Part shown: positions 37,278-47,051 of the stretch, piece after piece
Numbering within the stretch: the first letter of the stretch is position 1
Layout: each line of letters opens with the position of its first letter
Source of the DNA: Lama guanicoe
Lineage: Eukaryota
Direction: 5' to 3'
DNA length: 47,051 bases
Assembly: GCA_013239625.1 (NCBI GenBank)
Contig: MU056050.1
Span: 738,504-785,554, forward strand
The notes under the pieces: generated by a model
The model's database searches: none
What the model saw: the letters and a program-made list of their open reading frames with translations, nothing else
What the model was told of the DNA's origin: nothing
Position numbers and translations under genes: made by a program

Positions 37278-37462
37278 GTGAAAGCTTGCTGTGTGCAAGG
37301 GTACTAGGTAGTTTGCACACATGATTTTTTACTTCTCAAGACAATATTGAATAATTTGAGACTTAAAATATGTTGAGTATCTTGCTCAAGAGCACACAGC
37401 TTGTAAGGGATAGAACAAGGATTTTAACATAGATCTGTCTGGCTCCAGAGTTCACACTCTTA
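37278..37462 (-). mobile_element. MIR SINE
   Basis: 'tcttgctcaagagcacacagcttgtaaggga...agatctgtctggctccagagttcacactctt'. Confidence 0.75.
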
Positions 37463-37591
37463 TGATGACTTTGTTGTACAAGAATCAGGGGGATACTGGG
37501 CAAAATTGAATATTCTCAGTGATTTGTGTCTCCTCTGGCCTTACTTTCCTTTAGGACATCCACTGATATTGGGCTCATGCCTGTTTATGGG

Positions 37592-37803
37592 TGTCTGGGT
37601 TTGAATTTCAGCTCAGCCATTTACGAGCTATGTAATTTTGGGCCAGTTACTTAATCTCTGTGTCAGTTATCTTACCTGTGTAAAGTTGGGATAACAAGGG
37701 ATGATTAAAGCCCCTAATTCCATAGGTTTGTCATTTGACAACACATATAAAGAAAGCACTTTGGCTTCTGCACACTGTAAATTCTCAGTGATTGTTAGCT
37801 ATC
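37592..37803 (+). mobile_element. MIR SINE
   Basis: 'ctgggtttgaatttcagctcagccatttacgagctatgtaattttgggccagttacttaatctctg'. Confidence 0.85.
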
Positions 37804-38267
37804 ACCGTGGTCAGTCACAGCATTATCTCCCCATAGAGCTTCTCTCCCGACCTGCGCTGTTTGGCTGGTTGGCCATGCTCAAAAAATATTCTTCCTTTCT
37901 CCCTTATTTAAAACAAAACCAAAAACCAAAAAACTCCTTGTTCTGTGCTTTCTTTTCAGAGGGCTTTGCTCTGTCCCTTCGAAGGTGACTGATACTTCCA
38001 AGATAAAAGAACTCATTCTGCGGTATTCGTGGTAGATATTTTACTTTTGACTTAGAGTTTCTGATCACATCGTTTGTTCTTTAACCCCGAGAGCTGAAAT
38101 GACTTAGTGTGGATTTCAAGCTGTGATGCTCTGAGCCTGAGTGGAATAAGGCGTGGGGCGGGTTGTGGTATAGTTAGGACTATAGCATGTTTTATTCAAA
38201 TTGAGCACGGCCACTTTTGTATCTGTTTTGCATACATTTAGCTTCCTGGTAAAATTGTGCTGGGATT

Positions 38268-38502
38268 ATAATAATAGCAAACACTTATATAGTACATACT
38301 TCTTGTCATACATTGTTCTCAACACTACATATTATTTCATTTAATCCTCAAAACAACCTAAAAAGTAGACATTATTCCCATTTTACAGAAGAAGTTAAAG
38401 CACAAATAAGTTAAAGTGATGTGCTTAAGGCTAAACTACTAATAAGCGGTAGAACTGGGATTTGAGCCTAGGCTATACTCAACTATCACATTATATTGCC
38501 TC
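38268..38502 (-). mobile_element. MIR SINE
   Basis: 'aataatagcaaacacttatatag...tcatttaatcctcaaaacaacc...attattcccattttacagaagaag...gggatttgagcctagg'. Confidence 0.88.
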
Positions 38503-38934
38503 TGAAGAAAAGATTGTCTTGGCTTTTTAAATATAAGTTTAAAAACCATCATACCTTTAATAATAGAAATATAGGCCATTGACTTCTGGTGAGAATGAGT
38601 GATGTCAGAAAGCTGTCACCTTGAGACTGTAGTTTTTATTGTTTTAACATTTCATTTACTGTTCAGTAACTAATCCTATAATTTTCAAGCAGTGCCCTGC
38701 CACCAGATAGTGAAAAGAGTTACAAGTCATATGATTCATAAGACTTGGGGCAGAAATCAAAATGTCTACTTGTCTTCTTAAAATTAAAATGCTCTATTAA
38801 TATAAGAAACTCTTAAATGATATGAACCTTAATTTTTAAAGACATCCTTATGGAACAAAAACAAAATGTCTGATATATAGTCTTTACATACCATGTGATA
38901 ATAAAAAGGTTGACAGAATTCAGGTTGTTTCCCC

Positions 38935-39112
38935 TACAGAGAGAAGACTTACAGAGATAAATGTTTTCAAATATTTGAGCATCAAATGATTGTCATGAGG
39001 AAATGGGACTAGGTTTCCTCTCTTTTAGACTAAAAGGCTAACCTAGAACTAATAAGTAAATGTTATAGGGAAAGTAGATTTTGGCTCATTATAAGGGAAG
39101 ATTTTCATGAAC
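38935..39112 (+). mobile_element. L3/CR1 LINE 3' fragment
   Basis: 'gagaagactt...gttttcaaatatttga...tgtcatgagg...gaactaataagtaaatgttataggg...agattttggctcattataagggaagatttt'. Confidence 0.7.
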
Positions 39113-40538
39113 AACTCTTACTTACTAAAGCAATCTTCCTTGAGTGTTTTATGATGACTACAGTATTCCTGGGGAAATAAGATTTTCTGAGAGATGGTTA
39201 TCAGGGAAGCCTTCACAGATAACTTTTCCTAGCTGTTATTAACTGTACTCCTTCAAATCTTAAGATTTGGTTCTAGAAGAAAGTGGCCTCTTCTGTACAC
39301 ACACCATTTATTAAGTTCTTATTATGAAGTCCTAGACCTGTCTTAATTTGAACTTGAGCTCACTGTCAGAAAACCTCTTCTCTGTGGTTAGTAGCTAGTG
39401 CTCTCCTTTCAGGTGGCCCCTCTTGTGTGTTCTACCCTTTGCCTTCTGACTTAACCTGGAAAACCCAGGAGACTTGATCTTTAGACCTTTGAGAACACTA
39501 AAATCCCACATCCTCCCACCAGGAGAAGGAAGGGACAACATCCATCTTATTCTCTCAGCTGATTGACTGAGCTTTTGGTACCCCAGCATTTTACATGAGC
39601 AATTACTCTAAAATAGAAGGAGAGAGAATTATAAAGTGGAAGAATCTTGTGAAACAGAAAATGGAGCAGAAATTAAACTTTCAAAAGTCACAGGGTAGAC
39701 CTTGGTGTGGCCCATAATCACTTCCAGGTATTTTCCCCTTTTTGCTTCTTCAGACTCGGCCAAAAGGTCCTATACTGTCTCAGGAAAAATAGTTTCATTA
39801 AACAAAGAACTCTTGTTTCTATCAGGAGAGCAAACTTCAGTAAAAGCTCTTAAAATATGTTCTTTAAGATAATGCTGAGACAGAGTTGAGGGTAGAGATG
39901 CTATTTCATCTGCTGTCTCAAATATTTCCTCAATTGATAAGTTGTCAAATTTCAGTATCCCATGACAGAAAGAAGACTACTTTGATAAAATGCATAGCAA
40001 GAGACAGTATCCTGTGTATCAGACTGGAAGCTATTGAGATTGTAAATAATATAAGGAATCACTCTTAAAAGAAAACAGTAGTCTGTTGGTTGAGAAACCT
40101 TCAATATACTGCAGATTTCTGTTTTATTAGGAGTCAAACTAGCTCCTCTTCCACCTCACCCTCCGTTTTCTGTTAGATATTTTCTTCTTATCTCATATTA
40201 TGCCCCTCCGGACTCACAGTAGAAAGGAGTAGATGTGTCATCATGTTTTTGGACTGACCACACTAATGAGTCACGGATAATAAAGAGAAGCTAATCCCTC
40301 AAAGGAAACTCTATTTTACTGGGGTTTCACCCACACCATAAGCCTTTACCTGGAGCTGTTAAGCGACATTCCACGCTTTCCTATTTGGAGTTCGCACCTT
40401 TTGTTTTCCTGCCTGCCATGTAGTCTGGAAGCTAGGGAAGCCAAGAGCAAGGAAGAAGCAGCCTGGAGCCTAACGAATGCCTGAATGGTTTGGCCTCTCA
40501 TGAATACATGAGAAATAAATGAAGAGTCCAGAAAGAGG

Positions 40539-40540
<2 letters not shown>

Positions 40541-40576
<36 letters not shown>
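40541..40576. repeat. (GT)18 microsatellite
   Basis: Perfect GT run. Confidence 0.97.
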
Positions 40577-40578
<2 letters not shown>

Positions 40579-40779
40579 TTTTTACATGAGTCAGTTGAGA
40601 GAAGCCAGCTGCGTCTGAACTAGTTTTATTTTTTCCTGCACCTGTGATAAAGAAACCTCTATTAACCCGAATGCTGGTGTGTGTGGGAAGAAGGAAAGCA
40701 TGGAAGGTTCTGATTAGCGGGATTTTTCAGAATTTCTTATACATTCTATCTCTTTTCTCTCTTCGTTGAAATTATTTCC

Positions 40780-40975
40780 AAAACATTTGAATAGCTACTA
40801 TTTATTGGGGTCCAACTGGGTCAGTGTTTACCTTGTAACTACCCTGGAAGATAGTTGGTCTATATTATCCTGATTATACAGATGAGGAATCTGGAATTAA
40901 GGGAATTAAGTACATTTTCCAAGGTCATACAATAAGGAAATAGAACAATGGTGGTCTTGAAATCAGATGTTGCTC
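40780..40975 (-). mobile_element. MIR SINE
   Basis: 'tatacagatgaggaatctgg...attaagtacattttccaaggtcataca'. Confidence 0.75.
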
Positions 40976-42696
40976 TTGCTCAGTTTTCTTTACCACTTGA
41001 GAATTATGTTAAGCCTTAGGGCTCCATTTTGGTGTCAGGAACTACCTGATCATTGAAGTTACTGCTCCTCATTTGACTGAGTATCCTCAACAATCAAGTC
41101 CTTGAATAGAGACTGTTTGTAGAGGAGTGATTGCTGCCTAAAACATGTAAGAGTCACAATTGTTGTTGGGGACATTATTGTGTAATAGGAACAGGATACA
41201 CATACACACTTCAATGTTAAAGACAGTCATTGACTGTACTCTGCAACAGACAAAAGCAGATCCCCACACTGCTATGACAATATTTCTCTGTGGGCTTATA
41301 AATTCTATTTTACAAAAGTTCAACGACCACTTAAAGCTAAATACCCTTTCAGGGATGCTTTAAACAGAAATGAAAATGATTTCACTAAGAAGTCAAGGCC
41401 TGCTGCAGGAAATACCATGAGAATACCCGGAGCGTTACCAGGGCTAGCCAATCTCCTACTTATTTGTACGGTGTATAATGTATCTCCATTCCAGATGCAT
41501 TTTGATTGACACAATAGAAATATTCCTGAGAAGTAGACTGGTGAATACCAATTTTGGTCAGTTATTGTTAACTTGTGCTTGTGAAGCTATTATAAAAATT
41601 CTGTGATTAATCCTTCTTAAAATAAAGCAAGTAAACCCCCAATTGAGTTGTTTTCATAAGCTTGAATTTTTGTCTGCTGAACAGCTTAAGGTGGAGCAGA
41701 TCAATGCACACAACTCTGGACACTTCCTCAATTATTGTAATGGGGTTTGAACCCCATTGTAGACTACAGTCATAACTGCCAAGGAGTCTGTGGAGGAAGG
41801 AAGAGCTAGGTCTAGGGGAGACTATCTTTCCTCTGCAATGTGAGCAGTACGGCTTGTCTGTTTTCTTCTTAATGAGAAATGTCAGGTGAAGTAACTTTTG
41901 GCGTGCTGCATTTCAGAGAAGTACCATGAGGATTCTGATTGTAATTCAGAATGTTAGTCAGGCCCATGAAGCATTTTGTGTTTAAAAATATAGTGTAGCA
42001 TGCCCAAGTAGAGCGTGTTGGATGAAGGAGAGGGTTTAAGACCTGGTTTAGAGGGAAATTCCAAGAAGAATCCTACAATGAAACTGTGGAAAGTCACCCC
42101 TTTCTTTGCTGGAGCCATATATTTTGATGGCTACCTTTGTTAATTGTGGGCCAGGCCCTAGCCATTAATTGACAGCCTGTATGATTGTAGTGGAATTCAG
42201 GTTTTCATTTTGGTTCCCATAGCCATATTAAATATGAATGCATTGATATAACAAAAAATAAATAACTAAGATTAAATGTATTGTATTTTACCTAATTATG
42301 TAATGAGAAAAATGCATAATTAATGGAGTCCTGGATGCAGAACTATATAATGATACTTTTGTAACTTTGAGGCATTTTGTAGATAATTTTCTTAGCAGTA
42401 CAGTGGAAGAAGGAAGTAATTTTAATTGATAGAACCCAGTAATATGTCATGAAGATATCTATATGTAGCTTTCAGAATCCTCTTTTGGTCATTTGGGCAC
42501 ATCTGGTAAAGCATCAGTATCAGTTAATGTGTTTAACAAAGAAAAAGCAATCAGTAAATTCTCTAGTCAGAGTTAACCATTTGTTTTAAGAGAAGTAGAC
42601 AGTCAAAGTTCTTCAGAGTTTATCCATTCAGAAAGAAAAAGAGTATGTCTGAATTTATCCAGATGTGTTAGTAGTTTATGCAAGCCAAGTGTCTAG

Positions 42697-42904
42697 CACC
42701 GAGTCTGCAAACTACAGTCTGTGAGCCAAATCCAGCCATCACCTATTCCTGTAAATAACGTTTTATTGGAACACAGTTATTCCCATTTGTGTATTTTCTA
42801 TGACAATTTTCATGCTATAACAGCAGAGTCAAATAGTTGCAGCATAAAGCTTAATGTATATAGTTACTCCCTGGCTTTTTATAGAAAACCTTTACTAATC
42901 CCTG
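42697..42904 (+). mobile_element. MER58A (hAT-Charlie MITE)
   Basis: 'gtctgcaaactacagtctgtgagccaaatccagcc...gtaaataacgttttattggaacacag...atagaaaacctttactaatccctg'. Confidence 0.88.
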
Positions 42905-43009
42905 CTATATGTTATTTTGTAGAAGGATGCATGCTGAGATAGCATTCATTTGCTGACCTTTGTAATGATGAATGCATTATTTCTTAGAGTAATAATTTAT
43001 ATTCCTTTA

Positions 43010-43195
43010 CAATAATAATACCTAACTTTTATTGAGGACTTCCTCCATTCCAGATATTCTGCAAAGTTCCTTATATGCACCACATGAGGTTTAGAGAACT
43101 TAAATACCTCAAAACTTTTCTAAGAGGTGCTAAAAGATTGACTGACTTGTTCAAATTCACACATTTCGTGGTGGAGCCAATATTCAAACCAGATT
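43010..43195 (-). mobile_element. MIR SINE (diverged)
   Basis: 'aataataatacctaacttttattgag...tgacttgttcaaattcacac...ggagccaatattcaaaccag'. Confidence 0.65.
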
Positions 43196-43224
43196 TTTTT
43201 GTGTGTGTGATAGAAACTCTCAGA

Positions 43225-43667
43225 AAACTAGAATATTTTTTATCATGAAAGGGTGTTGGATTTTGTAAAATGCCTTTTCTGCATTAATTGAAATGATTTG
43301 CCCCCCCTTTTTCTATTTATATAATGTAATACACTGATTTTCTTATGTTGCACCGTTTTTGCATTCCTGGGATAAATTTCACTTGGTCATGATGAGTAAT
43401 CATTTTAATATGCTGTTGAGTTTAATTAATCTTTTGTTGAGGAACTTTGAATCTATGTTTGTATGGTATATGAATCTGTGATTTTTTTTCTTGTGATGTT
43501 TTGTCTGTCTTTGGTATCAGAACAATGTTGGCCTCATAGAATGACTTCAGAGTATTCCCTCTTCTTCAGTTCATTTTTGAAAGAATTTGAGAAAGATTGG
43601 TGTTAATTCTTCTGTAAATGTTTGGTAGGATTCACCTATGAATCCATCAGGTCCAGGTCTTTTCTTC
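43225..43667 (-). mobile_element. L1M ORF2 fragment
   Basis: 'tatcatgaaagggtgttggattttgtaaaatgccttttctgc...ttggcctcatagaatga...gtttggtaggattcacctatgaatccatcaggtcc'. Confidence 0.9.
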
Positions 43668-43917
43668 TACCTCATAGTCCAAAAGGGTTGTTCCTGCAGT
43701 AGGTATCATGGACTCTTTGTGGCCATTTGGAAAGGGAAAGTGTTGGGAGGATATTTCTTTTCTCATCCTGTTTGACAGAACTTAGTCATGTGGCCATACC
43801 TAGCTTCAAGGAAGTCTGGACAATAGTATTTCTTTATTATGGGCCATGTCTCCAGAAGTTATATTTCTAAGAAGGAAGTGGAGAAAGGTTATTGGGGAAG
43901 AGCTAGTCTCTACCACA
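43668..43917 (-). mobile_element. MaLR LTR fragment (MLT1J/I-like)
   Basis: 'cagaacttagtcatgtggccatacctagcttcaaggaagtctgg...gtctctaccaca'. Confidence 0.75.
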
Positions 43918-44299
43918 GTCACTAATAAACTGAACTAGTGGCTTTTCTTTTCTTAATAGACTCTCACTGGTCAATTAAGACAAAACAGTCCATTTCTCCC
44001 ACTTTTAGAATACAAATTTGGAAAATTCTTAAACCATTTCATGGCAAATATAAAATAGTTAATTGCTTCAATTCTTTAAAGAATAGGGCATTCATAAATA
44101 TCCTGAGGAAAGTTGCTAGATAGATTAACCAGCTAATATGTATTTCTGAAGCACCAAATAATTGCCTAGCTTCTTAGCAAATACACATGTACGTTAAAGG
44201 GAAAAGATTAATATGCATGAAGCAAGTAGAGAATAATAAATTGTAGTTCTTTGGCATTTCCTGCTTCTAACTTCATTTTATAACCATATGGGTATGTAT

Positions 44300-44435
44300 C
44301 CTATACCTTGTTTCTGAACTCTTTGAATTTTGGGGCCACACATGATTCCTCAATTTTACCTCTTCAGCACTTAGCATAGTGTTTGATACACAGAAGATGC
44401 TCAATATGTGTTTGGGTGGAGGAAAAATAAATGAA
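44300..44435 (+). mobile_element. L2 3' end
   Basis: 'cagcacttagcatagtgtttgatacacagaagatgctcaatatgtgttt'. Confidence 0.7.
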
Positions 44436-44444
44436 CTGTAGTTC

Positions 44445-45256
44445 AGTATCTCAAATCAAAACCAGGAATCCTTTCTAAAGCCTCCCTCCCTTTACCTCTC
44501 ATGTCCAATTCATCAGCAAGCTTGGATGCCGAAGTTCTAAAATACATCTTGGATCTCTGTACCTTTCTTCATGTCCATTCTTGCCACCCAGTCCAAGCCA
44601 CAATTTTCCCTAGCCTTAGACATCTGTGATAACCTAATTGATTTTCTCATTTTTATTCTTCTTTATAATTATTTTTCCTCACAGTGGCTAAAATTTTATT
44701 TTAAACCTTTGAATCTTATAATGTCACTACCCTGCCTCAAATACTCTAGTAACTTCCAAATATATATAGAATGAAACCCAGACTTCTTATTGTACTCTGG
44801 CTCCTGGCTACCTCTTCATGTTTGTCTATTGGTACTTTCTTCTCACTCCAGCCACATTGACCTTCTTTCAATTTCAAGGACATGCCTAGTTCATTTGCAC
44901 AATTAAGGCCTTTGTGTTTGTGGCTCCATCTGCCTGAAATGCTCTTACCGTATATGTTTATATGGCAGGCTGTCTTATATGTCACTTTCTCATTGAGGCC
45001 ATTTGTGACCACACAATCTAAATTAGCCATAACTCCAATTTGTATCATACCGCTTTATCTTCTTTTCTTATAGTATTTATCACTATTTGAAATGCTGTTT
45101 ATTCACTTGTTAGTTTGTCCATTACCTGTGTTACTTCACTAAAACATAGGCTCCATGAGAGCAGGAACTTTGTTTTGTTCAGTGATCTATCCTCAATACC
45201 TAGAAAAAGTGCTTGGCATATACTAGGTCCTCAGTGAATATTAATTCAATGAATGT
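44445..45256 (+). mobile_element. L2a-like 3' region
   Basis: 'tccaattcatcagcaag...ggctccatgagagcaggaactttgttttgttcagtg...cttggcatatactaggtcctcagtgaatattaattcaatgaatg'. Confidence 0.88.
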
Positions 45257-45303
45257 CTAAGGAACTGGAATGCATTGGACATTTCTTCTGTCATTGCTGC
45301 TGT

Positions 45304-45740
45304 TGTGACAGGTTGGGTTCCCTAGGAAGCAACTCTGAGGTGGCGTATAGACTATGCAATATTTATTTAGGAATACCCTTGGATTCAACACGTATGGGAG
45401 GGAAATGAAAGTAGCAGGCATGGAGAGATGGAGAATCTGAGCTATAGGTTCAACAGCAGCCTTAGCTATACCCCTTAGCTAGGGAAACCTGGGGCTAAAA
45501 AAATTCTCCTTCAGCATTTTCCTGGGTTGGGCCATGATGTCCAGGCCTTTATACCTCTCATCAGTCAGTCATTGGATGTGGGCTGCCCCAAGAAGGATCA
45601 TGCCTTTGGACAAAATGGCTCTCTACACTTGAGGCAATCTCAGAAGGGGCTAATAGTTGAAGGATGTCTGCCAGAGTTGCTCCAGCAAGTGGAATAATAG
45701 ATTCTTAGTTGGAGGGGGATCTGAACAGTGCATCATAGTG
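45304..45740 (-). mobile_element. ERVL solo LTR (LTR33-like)
   Basis: 'tgtgacaggttgggttccctaggaagcaactctgagg...ggattcaacacgtatgggagggaa...cagtcattggatgtgggctgccc'. Confidence 0.8.
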
Positions 45741-46865
45741 TTTGTCCCTTGTTGGCTTAGACTCAATTCTTCAAATATGTTTTCGTTGCAGATTTTACAG
45801 GATTCTACAGATGTCTTCCTGGAGGGAACTCAGAAAAGGAAGATTAGTGGGCAAAATTACAGCTTCCACAACTGTAGATGATTTCAGGGCTGCAACTGAT
45901 ACTCTTTATTTCCATCCTCACTGTCAATTCTAGATTTCCTTCAACCTCCGTTAGCGCCCCTACTGGTCTTGGTTCCTTACCTGGTGACCAGACACTTTTC
46001 CCTGAGGGGGCACTTTGGTGGTGTCTCAATGTGTCTTCTTTCTGAGGACTCTACTCATTTTAAAATTGTGTTAGAGTGTCTCAGTGGTTATCTCAGGTCA
46101 TGCTTTTGCCCTTTAGCAGGCAGAGGGAAAACACCTCAGTGTGTTTTCTTCACAATATGGCAGCAGGTGCAGGCTTGGAATTGAAAAGCTAAATGTATCA
46201 TTGAAACAAATTAATGGTTGATGAATTTTTTATAGAAATGTTTTCAGGTGCTGAAAGAAAACTGCCCATGGCCCCTTTCCCAGCATAATAAGGCAGGAAG
46301 AAAATATCCAAACTTTCAACTAGCGCTGTCAAAATCTGCAAAGCTTAATTTAAGACTGTATATAAACTCTGAACTTAAGGAAGGCAGAGTGCCTCCAAAA
46401 GGCTATCACTAAATGTTTCTAAATTCTTAAAATTTTACTACTCCTGACCTCTAATAACTTTTGCTATTTGAAAATTATGCCTTTTCCCTTATAGAAATGC
46501 CCTCCACCTCTATTTGGAAATTAACAATATGAATTTTCTTGGTGATTTATAAAGAGGTAGAGCAAGGTCTTTGCTTGTTTCCTGGATGCCAGCTCAGCCA
46601 CAGGAACAGCCAGTGTACTTAATCAGCAACTTTTCACTGCCAGAATTCAACAGGAAAGGTGGGCCCATGGATAGCCTCAGGGCTACCTTAAGGCAGACTG
46701 TATCATATCATACCATATTTACTTTGTTTGTGCATATCCTACACATTTCCTAAAGTCTCCGTTGAGAACTTTGTTGCAGTGTGTCCCCCATCCCACCTTC
46801 CCTCATGAGACACCAGGGGTCTGGATTTCAAAGTTACCTGGCCTATGTCTTTTCTCCCTCATTTC

Positions 46866-47051
46866 TTTTTTTTTTTTTACATTTTTTATTGATTCATAAT
46901 CATTTTACAGTGTTGTGTCAAATTCCAGTGTTCAGCACAATTTTTCAGTCATTCATGGACATATACACACTCATTGTCACATTTTTTCTCTGTGATTTAT
47001 CATAACATTTTGTGTATATTTCCCTGTGCTATACAGTGTAATCTTGTTTAT
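46866..47051 (-). mobile_element. Young camelid-type L1 3' end (runs off the window edge)
   Basis: Poly-T tail, then near-identical to 20243-20457 (about 5 substitutions plus homopolymer length differences). Confidence 0.92.

Noticed and set aside
40380..40388. CArG box candidate cctatttgg
   Set aside because: It has only five A/T bases between CC and GG; the consensus needs six.
41353..41510. Acceptor followed by a ~50-codon open frame (DALNRNENDFTKKSRPAAGNTMRIPG...)
   Set aside because: No good donor, unrecognised peptide and length compatible with chance.
33..47005. The many 60-150 aa ORFs in the supplied track
   Set aside because: No recognisable domains, many start at non-ATG codons, and many lie in or antisense to repeats. 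Only the L1 ORF1/ORF2 remnants have real similarity.
1..47051. CRISPR array, operon or other prokaryotic-type system
   Set aside because: The sequence is mammalian repeat-rich DNA with no regularly spaced repeat-spacer array or dense ORF packing.

Overview
This is AT-rich, CpG-depleted mammalian genomic DNA, probably from a camelid (camel or alpaca). That call rests on two near-identical young L1 3' fragments that resemble the camelid L1 tail as I recall it. I recognise no protein-coding gene, RNA gene or CRISPR array. Much of the window is decayed interspersed repeats: L1s of several ages, many L2 and MIR fragments, one CR1/L3, four ERVL/MaLR solo LTRs and several DNA-transposon MITEs (MER3, MER5A, MER58A, MER94, Tigger2-like). 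The only ORFs with recognisable protein similarity are L1 ORF1/ORF2 remnants. Nearly all L1s and all LTRs lie on the minus strand, which suggests a large intron of a gene transcribed on the + strand. The most notable structures are an L1 with both ends but a large ORF1-ORF2 internal deletion, an L1 between two diverged ~83-135 bp direct repeats, and a young L1 with a perfect 16-bp TSD. There are also several repeat-free, motif-rich or CpG-enriched segments that are candidate enhancers or small exons. I found no convincing novel biological system. Repeat family names come from recalled consensus sequences, not a database search, and boundaries are approximate.
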